Shown piece after piece: positions 51,649-60,000 of a DNA stretch of 64,000 bases; within the stretch, counting starts at the first letter, position 1; the number at the start of each line of letters is the position of its first letter. The notes beneath the pieces are model-generated. The model did not search any database. It saw nothing but the letters and a program-made list of their open reading frames with translations, and was not told the origin of the DNA. Location of the stretch: contig NC_068988.1 in NCBI RefSeq assembly GCF_001194135.2, positions 57,842,088-57,906,087 on the forward strand, written 5' to 3'. The stretch is from Octopus bimaculoides (lineage: Eukaryota). Position numbers and translations under genes: made by a program.

Positions 51649-54600
51649 CCTGTGTGCATGCATGTGTTCAATGAGGACGGTGTTGCACTCTCACCCAGAT
51701 TAAAACCGAAAATCTGTTAGGAGACTCGTCTCCTCTTACATACCTCAGTGACCTTAGTAAATGCCTTTAAAGCTGCCGTGTAACTGCCTCGATTAATGTA
51801 TGCCTCACCGAGACATTCCCATATATGACTGTGTGGATAAAAGAGAAAAAAAGAATAAATAAAAGGATAAAGATTTTAAATGTTTACAAATTGAAAACAT
51901 AACTAATTCACAACCAGTCTTACAGTTATAGTTCAGGGGGGAAAACATTTACATGAGGGGGTACAGAAAATTTCCAGGCTCTGGGTAAAAGAAAATACAA
52001 GAGGATCAGTTAATTATGATTTCTTTAACATATTCCATCCAGCTGTAGAAACTCTGCCAAATTAGATTGGTGCCTGGTGTAGCCATTTGGTTCACCAGTC
52101 CTCAGTCAAATCGTCCAACCCATGCTAGCATGGAAAGTGGACATTAAACGATGATGAGGATGATGATGATGATGATTCCCCTCTCAGATTCCCACATTAA
52201 AAGAGCTCGGAAAGTTGGGCCTCCAACCAGGCTTTTTGTGATACCCTTAAAGCAAGAACTTTTCAGCACCCCCTCATGTGTGTTTGTTTATGTGGTTGTA
52301 TGCATCGTTATCTCAACATCATGTGATGATTGTAAATGAGCCTCCTTGTCATACAAGAGAGGTTGTTTGTTTCCAGTCTTCCACAGAAAAGCATATCTGG
52401 CCATGGAGAAAATATTACCCTTTCTTGGAAAGCAGCAAGGATTGGTAAACAGAAACTGAATGAAGCCCATTGAATATACGAGGGGGTGCTGAATTGTGGC
52501 TGTTGGTCGCAGTCATTGGTGATGCCATGCAAATGACATCCATGAACCGTCAGGGTCACTGCTGGTGCCATGTAAACGGCACCCACCCATGAATTGTAGT
52601 AGTGGTCGTTGCTGGTGTCGTGTAAATGGCAACCGTGCCGGTGACATGTAAAAGCACCCATTACACTCTTGGAGTGGTTGGCATTAGGAAGGGCATCCAG
52701 CTGTAGAAACCATACTAAATCAGACTGGAACCGGGTGCAGCTCTCCAGCTCATCAGCTCCAGTCAAACCGTTTAACCCATGCCAGCATGAAGAGCAGATT
52801 TTCAATGATGATGATGATGATTGGAGAACCTAGGCAAAGTTGACCATGGCAGTATTTGAATTCAAAGTGCAGAGAAATGGTACAAATATAGCAAGATAGT
52901 CAACTTGATATCCTAACAACACTGCCAATTTATCACCATTAACAATAGGATTTGCAAAATACTTACAAATCAAGAGGATCGGGACGCAGAGCAGCTTGGA
53001 AAGAAATAACAGCATTATTGGGGTCCTCGTTCTTCAAATATTTCAATCCTAACCGTAACCAAGCCCATTTAGCACTGCAATAAAGAAAGAAAACAAAACA
53101 ATATAAACATTAATAAAAACAAAACACTGAAATAGTATTTTAATATATTACATGAAGATGATTGATGTTGATGTATAGATAACACGATCTATGATCTATG
53201 GATGTCTTAATCAAGGAGATCTGTAAGCTATGGCTGTTCTCGTTGAGCAGATGAATAACCCATGGCTGTCTTGATCAAGTAGATTTATATAGGCTACCTT
53301 GATCAAGAAGATCAATAAGCTACAGCTGATTAAGATCAATAACTCATGGCTGTCTAGATCAAGCAGACCTATGATCCAGGGATGTCTTGATCAAGTAGCT
53401 CAATGACCCAAGGCTATCCAGATCAAGCAGATCTATAACTCATGGCTGTCCTGATCAAGCAGATCAATAACCCATGGCTGTCCTGATCAAGAAGATCAAT
53501 AGCCCATGGTTGTCCTGATCAAGCAGACCCATGACCCATAAATGTCTTGATCAAGCAAACCTGTGACTCATGGCTGTTTTGATCAAGTAGACCTATGACC
53601 CATGGCTGTCCTGATCAAACTTCTGTACTGTCTCAGCCACAAGGTATTGCTCAACTCTATGGTATAGCACAAGTAAAAGACACTTGCCCAAAGTGCCATG
53701 CAGTGTGATTGAACTCGAAATCACATGGTTGCGAAGTAAACTGCTAAATCACACAGTTATTTCTGCACTTATATAAGAGAATAAAATACATTTCATACTT
53801 TGAGCCACATCAGATGAAAGTCACATCATATTCAAGCTAGAATTGTAAATGATCAAAGATTTGACCAACCATGATCACCACCAACTTCTTTCAGGCTCAG
53901 TGTACCTAGGATCACCAAAGCCTTGTGAGTGGATTTGGTAGACAGAAACTGAAAGAAGCCCATTATATGTGTGTGTGTGTGTGTGTGTGTGTTTATATTT
54001 CTGTGTGTGTCTTTGTCTCTGCATTTGTCCCCCATCATTGCTTGACAACTGATGTTGGTGTGTTTACATCCCCATAACTTAGCGGTTCAGCAATAGAGAC
54101 TGATAAAATAGGTACTAGGTTTCAAAATTACAAAATGTCCTGGGGTCAATTTCTTCAGCTAAAACCCCGTCAACGTGGTGCTCCAGCACGGCCACAGTCA
54201 AATGATTGAAACAAGTAAGAGAATAAATCGACCTCAACTATTCTTTTATTATTTGGTTAAAGGCATCAAAGCCTGTCACCACACTTCTCTCACATGTTTG
54301 CACATCTCACTTTTGCTATATTAATCAGTAAAGACAGGCAGTTAATTACTAGGCTAGTTAGTTACTGCATTAATTAAAAATGCTTGTAATTCACTTACCC
54401 ACCAGGGCCAGCTTTAGTAGTCACAGACTTCAAATATTCTAAAACACTCTCCTGGAAAGAATACCAAAACCAAAAGTATTAATTAATCTTTCATAGGCTG
54501 GTGGGGTCTCAAGGGACCCCAGCAAATTTTAAAAGTTATGCAACCTTTACATTCTTTATTTAAATGAGTTTATATATCATGACTTTTATCGTCAATAGTC

Positions 54601-56869
54601 TACGTATTGCACAAACAAATTTTGAGTTTAAAATTTCCAGTCATATGGATGTTATAGCATAAAATGTGGTCAATGGAATCCAACTGGACCCTATTGGCCT
54701 TCTGGGAAATTAGTTTTTCTTGTTCTTTTTCATATATTCTGATGAATTATAAGTCAATTTTCTTTATATTTATACTGGTATGAATTGATATATTTTTTTT
54801 CTTTTGTTCTTTTTGTTTTATTTTATGGCCGTTGCCAGTACCATCTGACTGGCCTTCGTGCCGGTGGCACATAAAAGCACCCACTACACTCTCGGAGTAG
54901 TTGGCGTTAGGAAGGGCATCCAGCTGTAGAAACTCTGCCAAATCAGATTGGAGCCTGATGTAGCCATCTGGTTCACCAGTCCTCAGTCAAATCGTCCAAC
55001 CCATGCTAGCATGGAAAGCAGACGTTAAACGATGATGATGATGATGATGATTAGTGCTATATGTATAGTTTATGAAACTATAAAAGAAAAGTGCTAAATT
55101 CCTTGTTCTGTATCATGCACTCACACATACATACAAGATTAAACAAATATTATTTAATGGATAGTGCGGAAATGTGCAAAAATAAAAGGGAACCCCAATG
55201 GCTTTTTGTGTAATTCCAACCCCGGCAGCCCACGAAGGGTTACCTGAAAGAATCATTGAAGTTTTGGACAAAATACCTTGTGGTATTTAATTACAACTCT
55301 TTACATTCTGATTTTAAATCTCGTACAAGTCAACATTGTAATTATCCTTACAGGGTCTCTAATATGAAGTATTAATTAACGAATGAGGTTGATTATTTCA
55401 ACTGCCCCTTTGTCCAAATTTCTGACTTTGTTCCTATGTTAGAAACTATTATTCTTATTATCATTATTATTACTAGGCAGCAAGCTGGCAGAATTGTTAG
55501 CATGCAGGGAAAAATGCTGAGCAGCATTTCATCCATTCCTACATTCTGAGTTCAAATTCTGCTGAGGTCAACTTTGCCTTTCATCCTTTCAGGGTTGATA
55601 AATTAAGTACCAGTGAAACACTGGGGTTGATGTAATTGACTAGTCCCCTCCCAACAAACTTGAGGCCTTGTGCCTCCAGTAGAAAGGATTATTGTCATTA
55701 TTATTATTATTATTATCACTCTCTGAGTGGTTGGTGTTAGGAAGGGCATCCAGCTGTAGAAACTCTGCCAAATTAGATTGGAGCCTGGTGTAGCCATCCG
55801 GTTGCACCAGTCCTGAGTCAAATCGTCCAACCCATGCTAGCATGGAAAGCGGACGTTAAACGATGATGATGATGATGATGATTACTTAGGCAATGAGCTG
55901 GCAGAATCGTTAGCATGCTAGGCAAAATGCTTAGCAGTATTTCGTCTGTCTTCACGTTCTGAGTTCAAATTCCACCAAGGTCAACTATACCTTTCATCGT
56001 TTCGGAGTCGATAAAGCAAAGTTTAGTGTCCAATAAAAGAAAGGTATGCCTAAATGGGCTGGTTACACCACTGGCATAGGCCACAGGTTATAGTCTCACT
56101 TGGCTTGCTGGGTCTTCTCACGCACAGCATATTTCCAAAGGTCTCAGTCACTAATCATTGCCTCGGTGAGGCCTAATGTTCAAAGGTCGTACTTCACCAC
56201 CTCATCTCAGGTCTTCCTGGGTCTATCACTTCCAGTTTCCCTCAACCGCTAGGGTGTGACACTTTTTCACACAGCTATCCTCATCCATTCATACCACATG
56301 ACTATACCAGCGTAGTCGTCTCTCTTGCACACCACATTTGATGCTTCTTAGGTCCAACTTTTCTCTCGGAGCACTTACACTCTGTCGAGTATGCACACTG
56401 ACATTACACATCCAACGGAACATACTATAAAAACAAATAAAGATTATTATCAAAAATAATTAAATATCATATCATAATCAAACATTCTTCTTATAGTGAT
56501 GATACTGCTTAATCCAAGGTTAGTCCAAATCAAGTATTCCTACAATCAAAAGCAATCCAACTGTGACCACCCCTCTTGTGTGGAATATTTGGCTGCTGTT
56601 TCTAGAAAACCTTGGAACTGTCTAGAAGTTTTGTTATTAGCTCTGTGTTTCTGTATTCTTTGAATAAAATCACACTTACATCTCCAACATCTCCAGTATC
56701 CATCATAATATCACAGAATGCAGCACCAACATCGGAATTTTCAGGATCAAGATTAAAAGCCTTTTGATAACATTTTCTAGCTTTTCTGTAATAAACATAA
56801 GTTTAAACTAAGTGTATAAGCAAAAAATACAGTTTTATATATTAAATGTAAAGGTTAAATAGGACGTGT

Positions 56870-56905
<36 letters not shown>

Positions 56906-57003
56906 CATATATACACATGTAAGTATTGGATAAAATGAATATAAATGGTTGTGCACAATGATAGATAGAATATACATATGTGTGTGTGAGTGTATACCAG
57001 CAT

Positions 57004-57045
<42 letters not shown>

Positions 57046-60000
57046 TATATTATTAATAATTTAATAATGAGGCTGCAAAGAGAGAGACTTGGGGAAACCG
57101 CTATGAAGGGTTGCTAAATGAAGAGAATGAATAGAAGAGAGTCTGTCAAATGTCGACCCAACAGAGGGACCAGCTATCCGAATTGACAGTACCTTGGTAG
57201 ATAAAGCAATTAAGGATATGAAGACACCGGCACATCAGGAATCACTGCATATATGCTTAAAATATCTGGCAATGTAGGCTATAGACTAGTCACCCGTATA
57301 GTCAACCAGGTGATACATGAAGAAGTCATACCCAATGACTAGTGTAGCAGCACCATAGTCAACTGCTACAAAGGTAAAGGTGACACATTAGATAGGAATA
57401 ATTACAGAGGTATCAAATTGTTGGACCAGGTGATGAAAGTTATGGAGAGGGTCATAGCCCAACTAATTAGGGAGAGCGTTAGTTTAGATGAGATGCAATT
57501 TGGGTTTGTGCAGGGAGATACACCACTGGTGCTATATTTCAGGTAAGACAACTGCAGGTGAAATTCTTTGCCAAAGGTAAACTTCTGTACTTGGCTCTCA
57601 TTGACATGGAAAAAGCCTTTGACAGTGTCCCCTGATCCCTTATCTGGTGGTCAATGCAGAAACTAGGGATAGATGAGTGGTTAGTGAGAGCTGTACAAGC
57701 CATGTACAGGGATGCTGTCAGTAAGGTGAGGTTTGGCAATGAGTATAGTGAAGAATTCTAGGTAGGGGGTAGGGGTCCACCAAGGATCAGTCCTCACCTC
57801 CTTATTCATCATAGTCCTCCAGGCAATAACAGAGGAATTCAAGACAGGATGCCCCTGGGAGCTCCTCTATGCTGATGACCTTACTCTAATAGTTGTGAAA
57901 TGATTTTCTAATGTGCCACCAGCACAAATGCTATAAGGCGATGCTGGTAATGATTATTAATTCGTATAATTCATATTGTCTTGAAGTAAACATGCATTAC
58001 TGTGTAGCTTCAAGATTTCAATAATGCAATTGTTTATTTTTTAGGTGGCACATAAAAAACACCATTTTGAGCGTGGCCGTTGCCAGTACCGCCTGACTGG
58101 CCCTCGTTCCGGTGGCACGTAAAAGCACCCACTACACTCTCGGAGTGGTCGGCGTTAGGAAGAGCATCCAGCTGTAGAAACTCTGCCAGATCAGATTGGA
58201 GCCTGGTGCAACCATCTGGTTCACCAGTCCTCAGTCAAATCGTCCAACCCATGCTAGCATGGAAGGCAGACGTTAAACAATGAACAATGATGAATGAAGT
58301 TGTAGGTTAGGTGTGAGAGGTTGGATCTGGTCAGTTTGGGCATAAAACTGGCAGAATATTTTGGCTGGATATGGCCAGTTTAAATGTTAAAGGGTTAAGG
58401 CAAGCCTAGAAAGGCCATACAATGTTACCCTCTCTTCTTCTCCTCCTCCCCCAGAAAGGATGAGAAAGGGAGGTGGATGGGATGAGAAGGAGGAGGGAGG
58501 AGGAGGTGAGGGCAGTGACAACTTTACACACACACATTACATAAAATGCAAAGCCTACTCACTCTTTGTCTTGTTGTACATGAAGATAGAAATGTCCGAG
58601 ATAAAGAAATATCTCACAATTGTAAGGATCCAACTTGGCAGCCTAAAACAAAAAGACATATATAGATATATATATACAGCATTCAGATTATTCTGCCAAA
58701 TGTAATGCTTATTTATTAACATTGCTTTGAATTAACCATGTATAACCATACAGCTTCAAGATTTTGATGGTGTGATAGTTTTATTTTTAAAAATGACATT
58801 GCAAGGTAGGTGTGAGAGGCCAGATCTGGTCACTTTGAACATAAAACAAGTAGAATATTTTGCTTGGAAATGGCCAGTTTAAAAGTTAGAAGGTTAAGGA
58901 AAGGTATCCAATTGCTGGTAAAGGCCCCCTTCGGTCATGAATGACCATAGGATTGTGCCTAGAAAGTTCCCCTTCAAGGCCCAAATCTGGACAAATCCAG
59001 CGTTACCGAAGGGAAAGGCAAAGGCCGATACAGCTTGGCACCAGTGATGTCCTAACTCATTTCTACAGCTGAGTGAACTGGAGCAATGAGAAAAAAAGTG
59101 TTTTGCTCAAGAACACAATACACAGCCCGGTCTGGGAATCGAACTCACTACTTCATGATTGTGAGCCCAATGCCCTAACCACTGAGTCATGCGCCTTCAA
59201 GTGCTAGTATTTCATTCATTCAGCCAGAGATAGATAATATTTAACCCTAGATAAACAAACATATGAAACACATACCTGAAGGAAAGATTTAAAACTCTTC
59301 TCAGAATAGTTGCTGCTCTCTTGGTTGTCAGTGTGGGAGTCTTTCAGTTGCCAATAGATACGGCCAAGCATCAAAAGAAACTTGCTGCTTTCGGGATATT
59401 CTGACACAGCAGCCAAAAGTCTGTGAGAAGGGCAAAGAGAGAAACATGACTGAATTAAGGTCGGGTTGGTAATTCTACAGACAAAAATAAATACGTAAAT
59501 AAATACAGGTGCCTTGTGAGTGAATTTGGTAGAGGGGAAACTGTGTGGAAGCCTGTCGTGTGTGTGTGTGTCTGCGTGTTTGTAAGTATGTGTGTGTGTG
59601 TTTCTGTGTTTGCATCTCTCCCTGTCACCACTTAGTAACCGTCTTGCTTGAATTTGGTAGAGGGAAACTGTGTGGAAGCCTGTCGTGTGTGTGTGTGTGT
59701 GTCTAAGTATATGTGTGTGGCATGTGTATGTATGTCTTTGTGTTTCATTTGTCCCTCTCACTGCTTGGCAACCATCTTGGTTTGTTTACATCCCTGTAAC
59801 TTAGCAGTTCAGCAAAAGGGACCAAAAGAATAAGTAACAGACTTAAAACATGGGTAATGGGGTTGATTCATTTGACTAAACATGTCAGGGCAGTGCCCCA
59901 GCATGGCCACAGTCCAATGACAAGTAAAAGATGAAAGATAAAAGAAATAAATCATTTTAAGTTTCATTTTTCCATGCTAGCATGTGTCAAAATGGTTCCC

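Noticed and set aside
36626-53619. Regular 32-47 bp repeats as CRISPR-like arrays
   Set aside because: Units are contiguous tandem repeats with no unique spacers, in a eukaryotic intron.
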